DNA of 64,000 nucleotides, taken from positions 18,209-82,208 of IMG/VR virus record IMGVR_UViG_3300019458_000024; one strand, given 5' to 3'. A program made the position numbers and the translations under genes. Positions 36,805-46,552 of the stretch are shown here, in pieces. The DNA comes from a virus. The notes under the pieces were generated by a model. The model was given only the letters and a program-made list of their open reading frames with translations, was not told the origin of the DNA and did no database searches. Each line of letters opens with the position of its first letter. Positions within the stretch are counted from its first letter, which is position 1.

Positions 36805-37497
36805 ATGTTGTTGCATAAACCTAAATATGATTGGTTTCGCCGACGAACTGAGGTTTCTCACGGTGGCGACGTTATCGAGGAAATGGATAATGTACTGAAG
36901 ATCATGTATGACTTCCGGTACCTTGGACCTGTTATAGCTGGAGGTTGTTTATGGTCGTGGGCTGCGGGACAGAAGTCTCGTGACGTTGATATATTTTTTC
37001 AAGATAGTGGTGAGACGATGGATGCCCTTAGCAATTTTGACAAAGTATACAAAAATCCAGAAGAAGATTTCATGGGTATGGAGGTAACGCATGATGAGTA
37101 CGGTGACATTGTCGGAGAACAGGAACGTGCGATTCGAGTATTTAATGGCAAGATAAAGTCTTCAGACACTGCTATTCAGCTTACTGTCACGCAAGAAGAG
37201 TCTGAATATATTACGAATTTTTTCGATTATGAGCACGTGCGCGTATCATGGTCACCCCATAATTTTGTGACAGATGGCGCAAAATTTTATGCTAAGGCAA
37301 TCTTACAACTCGTGGACAATGTGCACGCCAGGGTGCCCGGCAACGCACGATCAGAAGAAAAGATTATGTCAAAAATTATTGCCAAAATGTGGGGCAATCC
37401 TCATGCCCATGCCGCACTTTCACAAGTGGGTAGATTTCTCAACAACGGCTACAATCAACTTGTGTCTGTTAAAAATTATGAGGATATTCCTTTTTGA
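36805..37497 (+). CDS. Pol-beta-superfamily nucleotidyltransferase-like protein
   Basis: IAGG....RDVDIF....FD. Confidence 0.65.
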   Translation: MLLHKPKYDWFRRRTEVSHGGDVIEEMDNVLKIMYDFRYLGPVIAGGCLWSWAAGQKSRDVDIFFQDSGETMDALSNFDKVYKNPEEDFMGMEVTHDEYGDIVGEQERAIRVFNGKIKSSDTAIQLTVTQEESEYITNFFDYEHVRVSWSPHNFVTDGAKFYAKAILQLVDNVHARVPGNARSEEKIMSKIIAKMWGNPHAHAALSQVGRFLNNGYNQLVSVKNYEDIPF

Positions 37498-37958
37498 AAG
37501 GAGAATTTGTGGAGAAAAAAACACTACAGGACTACGGTCAAGATTTGCTAGACAACATCAAGTTTAATATTGCAGCACTTGAAGAGCTAAAAATTAAAAT
37601 AAGCGGGGAATGGCAAGAAGAAGATGCGGTGTACCGTTTTTACCACGGTAGTTTTAAGGTATATAGACTACAAGCACTTACCAAAGAAATTGTCCAATTC
37701 TTGGCTACGTTAGATCCTAAGGAATCTAAGTACTTGGCAACATACTTTAACGTTATTGTAGACCGAGGAACTAATCTTGAGTTTGACTTGAAGCACAACG
37801 GAGATTGGCTTGGATATGCCAGACCCATTTTGGAGGCGTTTTGGCACGCTAAGTATTTTTTAGAAATGTGTATAAAGTATGGGAAAGAGCTGGAGAAGGC
37901 GCCACGTACTCTTCCATCTGGCTGGTCCGCCGCGCTTTATCTGTATTGCATCAGGTGA
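37494..37958 (+). CDS. hypothetical protein
   Basis: ED.VYRFYHGSFKVY, EAFWHAKYFL, LPSGW. Confidence 0.7.
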   Translation: MKGEFVEKKTLQDYGQDLLDNIKFNIAALEELKIKISGEWQEEDAVYRFYHGSFKVYRLQALTKEIVQFLATLDPKESKYLATYFNVIVDRGTNLEFDLKHNGDWLGYARPILEAFWHAKYFLEMCIKYGKELEKAPRTLPSGWSAALYLYCIR

Positions 37959-38029
37959 CTTACACACTTTATGCTAGACATGTCTAGTTAGGTGGTTTAT
38001 AACCATTCAACCAAACTTTTTTGGGAGGA

Positions 38030-38813
38030 AATGAAACAAATGAAATCTATTATGACTGTTATTGTATGTCTACTAATGGCTTCGCCAGTCCTGGCAAGCT
38101 CTGTTACTTCCGTTCCTGAGGCTAAATTGGTCACAGGGAAGAAGGTTACTGCTGATGTGAAGACTAAGCCGGTTGTCAACAAGCAACTGATCAAGGATGA
38201 TTGTCCACCTTGCAATAAGCCGAAGAAGAAGAAGCGGAAGCCTTCTCCTAACAAGCCGAAGCAGTGCTCTGAGTGTACTCCGACGGTTGTTCTGGTGTGT
38301 CCACAAGGCCCTGTTGGTCCCGCTGGTCCTCAAGGTGCAAAAGGAGATAGGGGAGTTACACAATACGCTTCTCTGTATCCTGGTGTTGGGTATATGGCTG
38401 TGGGTCTATGGCCGAAGAAGGATTACGCATGGGCACAAGGTGTTAGTCTACGTTTTGAGTCCATTCTTAACGCGGATAATACTATGCTTGTTCAAATTGG
38501 CTTCGCCCCCGGTCGAGATGGCGCTGTGATGGGTCAGGTTGCTATCCGGCACTGGTTCGATAATACTTTTCTCGGATTTGATTCTGCCCTTAGTTTTGGC
38601 CTGTTTGGTCAGGTTATTGGTTTGAACGATAATAGAGAAAATGGTTACTATGCTGGTTTTACTCCTCAGCTTGTTCTGAGTCGTAATATTTTCAGCAATT
38701 TTATCTTGTCTGTTGAGGCTGGTCCCGTGTTGGGGTTGGCTAAGTATGAGACTACAGATACTGATGTGGTTGGTGGTGTCCTTGGTGGTGCCGGCCTTTC
38801 CTGGGAGTGGTAA
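38030..38813 (+). CDS. secreted protein with a short collagen-like segment and a probable outer-membrane beta-barrel
   Basis: Signal peptide, GPVGPAGPQGAKGDRG, alternating beta-strands and a terminal aromatic (GLSWEW). Confidence 0.6.
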
Positions 38814-38815
38814 AT

Positions 38816-39190
38816 ATGGAAAACGTAAACGCGAAAATTGTGGTAATGGCTATTATTTCAACTGTTATTGCTGTGCTGGCTCTCAGCTCTTGTGCTGAGT
38901 ATGGTGGGCACAGTGGTTCTACAGTGAGCGGTCCTACTGTTCCAGGAACTACCGATCCAGGCCCAACTACAGAGCCTGATCCTGTCCCGGAACCTGAACC
39001 TGAGCCTCCCAACACTTGTGACAGAGATCAGTGTGACGAAGTGTGTTATGAGTCTAAGTGTGAGTGTGAACGCAATTGTCGTTACGGTAACGATAATTAC
39101 GAATGCCGAGAAGATAGGGACTGTCACGAAAGCTGTGAGCTAGCTTTTGGCTGGTGTGAATGCAGTTGCGAAGCTGAGTGTGGATCGTAA
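38816..39190 (+). CDS. Cys-rich lipoprotein with a PE/PT linker
   Basis: LALSSC lipobox, PEPEPEP, 12 Cys in the C-terminal part. Confidence 0.65.
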   Translation: MENVNAKIVVMAIISTVIAVLALSSCAEYGGHSGSTVSGPTVPGTTDPGPTTEPDPVPEPEPEPPNTCDRDQCDEVCYESKCECERNCRYGNDNYECREDRDCHESCELAFGWCECSCEAECGS

Positions 39191-39513
39191 CTAATTAGTA
39201 AGTCCTCACCGCAACACATACAACAACCAAGGCAGCTTAAATTAGCTGCCTTTTTCTTTTTGTATCTTACTGTTCCTACAACAGATCCAACTACACTGCC
39301 AACTATACTAGAAACTGCTACAGAAATGTCATGGCTGGTAAATGCCACCCACCACACAGGTGCCCAATGAGAGGCTCCTAATAGTGCGGTGATAACTCCT
39401 AACCTATATAGATCTCCACGCTCTCTAGCGTTTTGCCACTCTACCGACAAAAAATCACTAACAGCTGCGATTGCGAAGAATACAAGTAGTAGGGTCATTT
39501 TTCTAGTCTCCAA
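39186..39513 (-). CDS. membrane protein (ORF track 39124-39513; its 3' end overlaps the convergent gene)
   Basis: Three hydrophobic segments, with repeated SVVGS. Confidence 0.5.
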
Positions 39514-39713
39514 GTCTTATCTATAGATATTTGCGGGTTATCTACATCAATTTGGTACATGATTGTGTCTCTGTCTTTTCTGTGTTTGGATCCGCCTACA
39601 CGGTCACCAATCACTTTTACTTTTTTAGCTAACTTTATAGCTTGTGCGATATTTTCAGCTTCTATATAGACATCCGCAGTAACTGTAAATTTATACTTCC
39701 TCTGCCCTCGCAT
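39495..39713 (-). CDS. hypothetical protein
   Basis: IEAEN..QAI.LA pattern, GAGGTG RBS. Confidence 0.6.
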   Translation of the reverse strand: MRGQRKYKFTVTADVYIEAENIAQAIKLAKKVKVIGDRVGGSKHRKDRDTIMYQIDVDNPQISIDKTWRLEK

Positions 39714-39716
39714 TTT

Positions 39717-40331
39717 TCACCTCTTCCCTATTGATATAGCGTACAAACTCTTGTCGTCGCCCTTCCATTGCGTTCCGTTCCACCACAGTTTCATTAGCTT
39801 TTCTTTTGGTAAAATATGTATGCCGTGTTCTTTTTTGTTGTTGATTGTGTTTTGTGGGTCGAACACTGTTACGCGATCCCCGGATGTACTGAATGCAAGG
39901 CACCAATGCGACCACTTGCTTACACACAAGATTACGACTCTAGCATGAATCAAGGCTCCATGGAGCCAAAGCCAAGCTTCGTCCCTGCTTTGTGATTTAA
40001 ACTCGGAGGCTGTTAAAAGATCAGCTCCAAAATGCCTCACCGCTGCTAGTATCCCGTCGTACGTAGTGCCTGATACGCATTCACCCTTTGCGGCCTTCCG
40101 GAATCTGTCGCATTGTGTACACTCACACTTCCAGCGGCCCTCCTTACACTTTCTTCGTTTTAGTGCAGCGGCTACTTCTCTACAGTGCTTACATTTACCG
40201 GCTGGAACGGTTCCTGCCACAGGTATAACTTCAGCTTCGTTGAGATTTACGCTAAAGCACTTAAAGGCGTTGACCACAGAAGCAGAGCCGCAAGACCAGG
40301 TAAATCTTTGGAATTTCATGAAATCATTCAC
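39717..40331 (-). CDS. C39-like cysteine peptidase with a Cys-rich insertion
   Basis: FQ...SCG..S, GT....I, HW, V.VFDP. Confidence 0.7.
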   Translation of the reverse strand: MNDFMKFQRFTWSCGSASVVNAFKCFSVNLNEAEVIPVAGTVPAGKCKHCREVAAALKRRKCKEGRWKCECTQCDRFRKAAKGECVSGTTYDGILAAVRHFGADLLTASEFKSQSRDEAWLWLHGALIHARVVILCVSKWSHWCLAFSTSGDRVTVFDPQNTINNKKEHGIHILPKEKLMKLWWNGTQWKGDDKSLYAISIGKR

Positions 40332-40659
40332 CTCTTTTGAAATACACCACTGTCACTGGACTATATTCCGTAACATCGTGTCCTTCGGCTCTGAGATTGC
40401 TTACAAAGGCTTCTAATCCGGGTGCCCCTGTAGCCCACAAATCATCTTCACTCAGGTCTATAGCAGCGCAGAAGCGCACAGAGGTAATCTGTACAGGGAT
40501 CTCTACTATTACTCCGTATCCATTATTACTGTAAAAAGTGGCTTTTCCTCTTGACACGTTCTTTTTACCTGCAAAGGCAATCGCAGATATTAGACCATCG
40601 TCTATAAACCACTGAAGACTATAATCTATTGGCAGGCGCATATTTCTAGTATGCCCCAT
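40324..40659 (-). CDS. hypothetical protein
   Basis: AGGGG RBS, in operon order. Confidence 0.6.
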   Translation of the reverse strand: MGHTRNMRLPIDYSLQWFIDDGLISAIAFAGKKNVSRGKATFYSNNGYGVIVEIPVQITSVRFCAAIDLSEDDLWATGAPGLEAFVSNLRAEGHDVTEYSPVTVVYFKRGE

Positions 40660-40702
40660 TTTTAATCCCCCTTGGCTCTTGTGTTATAACATATTGAAAC
40701 TA

Positions 40703-42364
40703 TTACACTAAAGTGGTCCAGTGTCCGTCAACAACGAAGAGCATTTGACGCTTACCATTGGGGTGGATGACATTGTGAGCATGTGCCCATGAACTGGGAC
40801 CTTTAGTGTAATCCAGCTTAAGTGTGGTAGAGGTGCCTACTTGGTGACATCCAAATCTGATTCCAGGCTTGTGGACATGAGCTATTGAGCTTTTAACACC
40901 TATCTTAGCGAATTGATTGATGTTTCCCTTGGAGCCATTGATTCCGTTGTGTCCGTGCATCCCTACTTCCACGTCACTAACCATGTAGCTCTCGTCTGGT
41001 GCTAAGAACCGGACCGGAACCTTGCTTTTTCCAGTTATCCAAACTGCTAGTGGATCTTCGTGCACTATGCCGTGTTCTTTAAAAGATACTGATTCAATGA
41101 GGGAACTCCACAGAGATAACCACGCTTTTGCATTCCACGGTTCTTCAGTTGGTGCGTTAACTTCTTTCATCCATCGTAGTAGGTGACCGTGGTGATTACT
41201 AGATACGATTATATTTTCAGCCCAGTCTGGTGTGGTCGATTCTATGTGTTTTAGGGTTAGCTCTAGTTCTCTCTCTACCAGATGATGCCCGTGCATGTGT
41301 TTGGAGTACTGTATAACCGGATCTTTTCTATTGTGGTGAGAGATTGAGTACCCGTCAAAAACATCGTGTCTAACAATTTTCTTTGGCCGCAATGTGTTGA
41401 CAATGGAGTTTTTGTCTAGATATGTAGCTGCTCTGCATTTGCTGTCATTAATCATCGCGTGCTCGTCGCCCGTGATTAACGCTAGCGCACCGTCAGACTT
41501 ACTCATTCGATCTGGGCTGTAATACTTATTCAGATCGTAGAATCCACCATTTTTCCGGTCGTTAGTTACTGACCTGATATAGAATCTGGGTCCATCCGTT
41601 TCTACAATTACTGCACCTCTACTGTGGTGGAATTCTCCGTTCACACCAGCTCTGGAATCAGAATATTCGCGTACACTGGTGCTCCCAGTTGTATACATGA
41701 CTTTAGGTAGCTTGTTTTGTGGAGTAGCTACCATTTCCATAGCGAGTTGTGGATGTCCAAAAACTGCAGAGGCACCTTTTGATAGGGACTCTAGTCCGCT
41801 TAGTGGAGATGTGGCGGTAGGTTGGACTCTAACATGCCCCATCACCCACAAGTGTTCGTGTAGTTTTACGAGTTCATCCGTTGCGTACGGCTCTATTTCC
41901 TCGGGCCACCACGCCTGGTACACTTTGCACTCTTGTGGGGAAGTAGGGTTCCTATATCTGATAGGAATGACAATTATTTCTGCGTCGTTTTCTTTGGCAT
42001 ACACATTGATACTATTCCAGACATCCATGTCTAGAGCTGCGTTGTTCTGCGCGGAAGTAATTATGAATCTTTTTGCATTGCGAATTCTTTTCTTGCGATC
42101 TTTTGAGAGAGAGTAAATGATGTCCTCTGGTCTCACTGTTTTTGGCTTCTTCTCTTTTTCTTCAAGTTTGCCCATGTAGTCAACGAGGGACCCTTGGAGA
42201 CTTAGCCTGCTCTTATATCTCTTGTGTGCGTTAAATAACGCATCCACAGTTATCAACTCTTTTGTTTCTTTAGATAAAGCAGTGGCAAGATCGCTTGTGG
42301 TGCTAACCTTCTTGCCACACTTTTCTAAAAGCCCCTTTTCAAAGAGCTTCGTCCAATTTGGCAT
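40703..42364 (-). CDS. T5 A1-like metallophosphoesterase-fold protein (putative DNase)
   Basis: RFIITSAQN, GHPQL, GDEH, HDVFDG.SISHH, SNH, HGH.G.NG, AHVH, QVGTS, Y.KGPSSW; 553 aa. Confidence 0.65.
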   Translation of the reverse strand: MPNWTKLFEKGLLEKCGKKVSTTSDLATALSKETKELITVDALFNAHKRYKSRLSLQGSLVDYMGKLEEKEKKPKTVRPEDIIYSLSKDRKKRIRNAKRFIITSAQNNAALDMDVWNSINVYAKENDAEIIVIPIRYRNPTSPQECKVYQAWWPEEIEPYATDELVKLHEHLWVMGHVRVQPTATSPLSGLESLSKGASAVFGHPQLAMEMVATPQNKLPKVMYTTGSTSVREYSDSRAGVNGEFHHSRGAVIVETDGPRFYIRSVTNDRKNGGFYDLNKYYSPDRMSKSDGALALITGDEHAMINDSKCRAATYLDKNSIVNTLRPKKIVRHDVFDGYSISHHNRKDPVIQYSKHMHGHHLVERELELTLKHIESTTPDWAENIIVSSNHHGHLLRWMKEVNAPTEEPWNAKAWLSLWSSLIESVSFKEHGIVHEDPLAVWITGKSKVPVRFLAPDESYMVSDVEVGMHGHNGINGSKGNINQFAKIGVKSSIAHVHKPGIRFGCHQVGTSTTLKLDYTKGPSSWAHAHNVIHPNGKRQMLFVVDGHWTTLV

Positions 42365-42445
42365 GTAGTTATTTGCTCCTGGCTATTAGATGCCTGGATC
42401 AAATCTACCACAAGCAGCGGCGGTGTAAACTATTTAAGCCCTAAA

Positions 42446-43087
42446 TTAGGGGAAATACTTAGCTAAAACACCGCCGCCAGTCTCTTCCCAATTCTCTGAA
42501 GGTCCCATATCTACATAGCGCCAATCAATAATACCCACAACTTCCCAATATTCGTTGAATACGGGTCCGCCGCTATTTCCAGGGACAACGTGCATACTTA
42601 CCCAGAAGTCGTCTTCTTCGTCATATGCGAATACTCTTCCACATTTTGTAGTGATAACGTCAACAAGACCGCCGCCACCTGTATAACAAATGATGTCATC
42701 GATTTTAGGTGCAACAGTGCTTACTGGCATCCAGTTGTTCAAATCACTCTCTGATTCTAGTCTGGCTGCGTCTTTCTTGCTTTGTGCAACGAGTTTAGCT
42801 TCAATTTTCGTGCCATTCCACAGCCTAATTTGAACTCTTTCCAGGGGACAATCCACCACATGATATGCAGTAATTACGCTCCGTTTACTGATAGCCACGC
42901 CAGTTCCCATGCTGCGTGAGCCGTCTTTGCAAGTAGTGAATATTCTTACCACCGACTTATACCTATTTTCAGTTGCGTAGCTTTTGTATTGTCCGCTGTC
43001 TGCACTGGGAAGCGTGTGCCTTTGTGGACCTTGAACGTTGCATGACGTGAAAAGTCCAAGAAGTAATAGAATTATTGAATATTTCAT
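42446..43087 (-). CDS. trypsin-like serine protease, lipoprotein
   Basis: LFTSC lipobox, ITAYHVV, DAA.L, PGNSGGPVFN. Confidence 0.88.
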   Translation of the reverse strand: MKYSIILLLLGLFTSCNVQGPQRHTLPSADSGQYKSYATENRYKSVVRIFTTCKDGSRSMGTGVAISKRSVITAYHVVDCPLERVQIRLWNGTKIEAKLVAQSKKDAARLESESDLNNWMPVSTVAPKIDDIICYTGGGGLVDVITTKCGRVFAYDEEDDFWVSMHVVPGNSGGPVFNEYWEVVGIIDWRYVDMGPSENWEETGGGVLAKYFP

Positions 43088-43320
43088 AAATGGTGAAACC
43101 TCCTACACTTACTTACAGGATACCTTCATACGGCGAAAATGTGGCAAAAAATCCACATTATTGCAACTTGAGAATATTGCTTTGTAAAGTATATGTAGAA
43201 TGACCTACTATTTAGTATGACTAAAAAACTGCTCGCGCGGTTGAAAAATGCGATTAGGAAATTCATACGCAGAGAAATGAAGTGGGCGGCGTTTTCGAAG
43301 TGTAGAATGACCTAATAAAT

Positions 43321-43638
43321 ATGAAGAAAGAAGGCACTCTCCTATTTCTGGCCTCCACGACTCTTATTCTTAATGTAATTGACGCTCTTTGCACCATGCT
43401 GTGGGTGTCGATTTTGGGAGTGGGTAGGGAAGCTAATCCTGTTATGGCATTTTTCCTTAATAGAAGTCCTACGCTATTTTTGGTAGTCAAGCTTTTGTTG
43501 GTGGAGGTCAGTGTTTACGTGTTATGGAGATCTCGATCACACGCGCTGGCGAGGTATGGGTTGTTGTTAGTGTTCCTTGTCTATTCTTTCATCGTATTTT
43601 TTATACATTCTCCTATGTTAGTTAGGGTGTTGGGATAG
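43321..43638 (+). CDS. DUF5658-like membrane protein
   Basis: LNVIDALCT, REANPVM, three transmembrane segments. Confidence 0.65.
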   Translation: MKKEGTLLFLASTTLILNVIDALCTMLWVSILGVGREANPVMAFFLNRSPTLFLVVKLLLVEVSVYVLWRSRSHALARYGLLLVFLVYSFIVFFIHSPMLVRVLG

Positions 43639-43639
43639 T

Positions 43640-44674
43640 ATGAACATTGCCTACGGCATACATGGCTACGGTTATGGGCACGCTACACGCTCTATGGCCG
43701 TAATAGAAGGTCTGCAAATTTTGGGACACTCTGTTACTGTGTTTGCCGGGGGTAGGGCAATAAAACTTCTGGACGGACTGGTGGAGGTAAAGGAAGTGCC
43801 GTGCTTCGCTTTCCACCAGAGCACTCCTGGGAAAACGGATCCTTTTCTTACCGGCCTTAGAAATGCCCCATATGCCAAGGATCTTATATTTCGTAAGCGT
43901 CGTTACAAAAAAGTTAAACAAGCGCTCAAAGATTGCAAACCTGATATTTTGATAACAGATTCTGAGGCTTGGACTGCGTGGGCAGCCAAGGATTTAATGA
44001 TCCCCACCATTAGCTTTGATCATTATGGAATCATTGCGTGGTGTGACGTAAAAATGGGTTTGATGGACAGGCTGCGTGCCCAAATAGACAAAGAACTTTA
44101 TCGTCTAATGATCCCGAATCCTGACAGGGCTCTGATATCTTCCTTCTATTACGCGGAACCCATATCTAGTAACGTAAGTGTAATACCGTCAATTCTACGA
44201 AAGGAAGTAGAGCAAAGGAAGGCCACTAAAGGTAACCACATCCTGGCTTATTTTTCTATGGGGATGAGTCAACGTGACTTTGACAGTCTCCAATATTTTG
44301 ACGACGTTAGGTTGTATGGCACTGCCCGATCTGGTGTTGAAGGTAACATAATCTACAAAACACCTAGCAATGACGCATTCCTTGATGACTTGTCATCATG
44401 CAAAGCTGTTATTAGTGGTGCCGGCAATCAGCTTATAGGCGAAGCCGTATTCTATCAGAAGCCTGTGTTGGTCATACCTGAGAACAGCGTAGAGCAGAGA
44501 CTAAATGCGCACTACGTAGAGTCTATGAGCATAGGAATGACTACTAGTAAGTTGAATGAGTCTGTGTTCAAAAAGTTTTCCAGTAAAATGGAGTCGTTTA
44601 ACAGCAGCAAATTATCTAACGGAAGACTGCAAGCACTGGAAATCATTGAAAAATGGTTGGGCGAGTTGTCATGA
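43640..44674 (+). CDS. GT-B glycosyltransferase (MJ1255/VC2487-like)
   Basis: IAYGIHGYGYGHATRS, ITDSE, ISFDH, AG.QLIGEA...KP, EQ.LNA. Confidence 0.85.
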   Translation: MNIAYGIHGYGYGHATRSMAVIEGLQILGHSVTVFAGGRAIKLLDGLVEVKEVPCFAFHQSTPGKTDPFLTGLRNAPYAKDLIFRKRRYKKVKQALKDCKPDILITDSEAWTAWAAKDLMIPTISFDHYGIIAWCDVKMGLMDRLRAQIDKELYRLMIPNPDRALISSFYYAEPISSNVSVIPSILRKEVEQRKATKGNHILAYFSMGMSQRDFDSLQYFDDVRLYGTARSGVEGNIIYKTPSNDAFLDDLSSCKAVISGAGNQLIGEAVFYQKPVLVIPENSVEQRLNAHYVESMSIGMTTSKLNESVFKKFSSKMESFNSSKLSNGRLQALEIIEKWLGELS

Positions 44675-45108
44675 ATGTAAAACCTTATCGTGTAAGGGTG
44701 GTAGCTATCAATGAGATGATTAAGGTTACTGTTAACAACGTGCTGATTCCAGGCGCCTATTTCCTGTGGCGTGGCTACGGAATAAACGATGAGGATCCTT
44801 TTCCAATGGCATTCTCCCCGCCTCCTAAGGTAAAGGCTAACGAGTTCTTAATCATATCTGCAACAGATGTGATGACACGTAAAGAAGTGTGGCGTGACAA
44901 ATACCTGCGTCGTTATAAACACGGTAAGTTGTCTTGGGATCTGATACATACAACTTACAAAGGGCCTAATAAACTCCCTCACCGAACGCGCATGAAAGCA
45001 CCGGAGCCGGAGAAACCGACCATCACTAAGTCTCCTAGTAAGGATGAAACAGCGAGAATGCAACGTTTGTGTGACGAACGAAAAAAGAAAGCGTTATGGA
45101 ACTTTTGA
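44671..45108 (+). CDS. hypothetical protein ending in ALWNF
   Basis: ATG overlapping the previous stop. Confidence 0.6.
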   Translation: MNVKPYRVRVVAINEMIKVTVNNVLIPGAYFLWRGYGINDEDPFPMAFSPPPKVKANEFLIISATDVMTRKEVWRDKYLRRYKHGKLSWDLIHTTYKGPNKLPHRTRMKAPEPEKPTITKSPSKDETARMQRLCDERKKKALWNF

Positions 45109-45147
45109 AGTTTTACTCTGTGGGCAATTTAATGTAATGTAGGAAGA

Positions 45148-45492
45148 GTGGGAGAGTGGTTCAAAGAATTGTATAAGAGTGTAAAATATTACTTTTCTTT
45201 GTATCTGTGTTCGTGGATGGGGCACAAGTTTGGACCTTACCAACACTCCGTAGTACCGTTGGGCGGACCGTATGTGCTCGAAGGTAAGTTTTCATACTGT
45301 GAAAGATGTGGCGCCCGATGCAAAGGTCGTAATACTAAAGCTGTTCCTTTGTACGACCCAGACGATTCCAGACACCCGTGGAAACTGAAAGGATGGCAAT
45401 ACAATAGAGAAACAAAAAACTGGCAACATCCCGATTTTCCAGGTGAAATTAGAACTCTAGAAGACAGAGTCGCATCTGGTAAGGTAATCTAA
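45148..45492 (+). CDS. hypothetical protein (C..GH..CxRC)
   Basis: Zinc-ligand pattern. Confidence 0.55.
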   Translation: MGEWFKELYKSVKYYFSLYLCSWMGHKFGPYQHSVVPLGGPYVLEGKFSYCERCGARCKGRNTKAVPLYDPDDSRHPWKLKGWQYNRETKNWQHPDFPGEIRTLEDRVASGKVI

Positions 45493-45500
45493 TTAGAGTC

Positions 45501-45875
45501 ATGCCTATTATTAACATACCTACAATTACAGCAACCGGAGTCTGGACGGTTGATCCTACTATTACAGTTACCAGTGACAAGTTTGTCTTTACCCCAAACC
45601 TCCCTGCGCATACAGCTATCTTGACTTCTAGTGTTCCTATGGCTTTATGGGTAGAATTGTTCGAACTTTTTGAGAAAAAGCTCACACAGAAAGATTTGGA
45701 TGATTTTTGGGCCCGCTGGAATGCTTCCATGTCCGGCGTTGCGTGCCCTGTGTTGCCAGGCGCCAGAGGCCCCGTTGTGGATTTGAAATCTGCGAAAAAG
45801 GAACCAAGGAAAAGAAAGAAGAAGGTAGTGGAGAAAGCTGCTGCCAAGCGCAGAAATGCACCCTGGAATTTTTGA
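45501..45875 (+). CDS. hypothetical protein ending in APWNF
   Basis: Basic C-terminus. Confidence 0.55.
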   Translation: MPIINIPTITATGVWTVDPTITVTSDKFVFTPNLPAHTAILTSSVPMALWVELFELFEKKLTQKDLDDFWARWNASMSGVACPVLPGARGPVVDLKSAKKEPRKRKKKVVEKAAAKRRNAPWNF

Positions 45876-45897
45876 CACTCCGTGTGCGAGGTGAAAA

Positions 45898-45952
45898 AAT
45901 CCCGTACGGTAAGAAAGCGGCGGTTACAGGCAAAATCTTACCGTACGGGATT
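45898..45952. repeat. perfect 17-bp inverted repeat with a 21-nt spacer
   Basis: AATCCCGTACGGTAAGA / TCTTACCGTACGGGATT. Confidence 0.85.
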
Positions 45953-46296
45953 GCTATCAAAACACTACGTAAAGTATTGATAACATCCCGCATACATTGA
46001 AGATACTTACAAGAATCAAAATTTCTAGTGAAAAGGACCTTGCTTTTTCTCAAAAGCGATCACAACATAGGGGATGTGAGGTATTCAATGAAGAGACAAC
46101 CGGAAGACCTTATTACATGGGAAGACCTAGAGAAGATGACTCCGAAGGTAGAGGTCATTGAAATCACAGAAGAAAAAGAAGCCGCTCCCCCGCCAATGCC
46201 ACTAGACAAAACACTATTCCAACCAAAGAAAGCGGACAGGCCAAAGGCGCAAAGATTTTAACTACTCCGTGTAGAGCAGGTAGGTCATGTGTGTCG

Positions 46297-46333
46297 GGCT
46301 GCTAGATCTTAACAGGTCTAGCAGTCTTTTTTT
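46297..46333 (+). terminator. intrinsic terminator at the convergence point
   Basis: 13-bp stem GGCTGCTAGATCT-TAAC-AGGTCTAGCAGTC followed by T7. Confidence 0.8.
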
Positions 46334-46552
46334 ATGAGTATTCGTCTCCAAAGTCGTTGTCATAGCAAGACTCGTACCAGCTCTCGTGTTGAAGCTTGAA
46401 TCCACACACGTAGCAGCGTTCATTACTTCTGGCTAGCCAGTCGTGTTCGTCGCTGTTAATGCATTGATCCATGATGTCCAAGTCTGACTCGGTTCTATGG
46501 TTTCTAGGAGAATTTAAATCTCTAACGCCTTGCTTTGTTAACTTCATACGAT

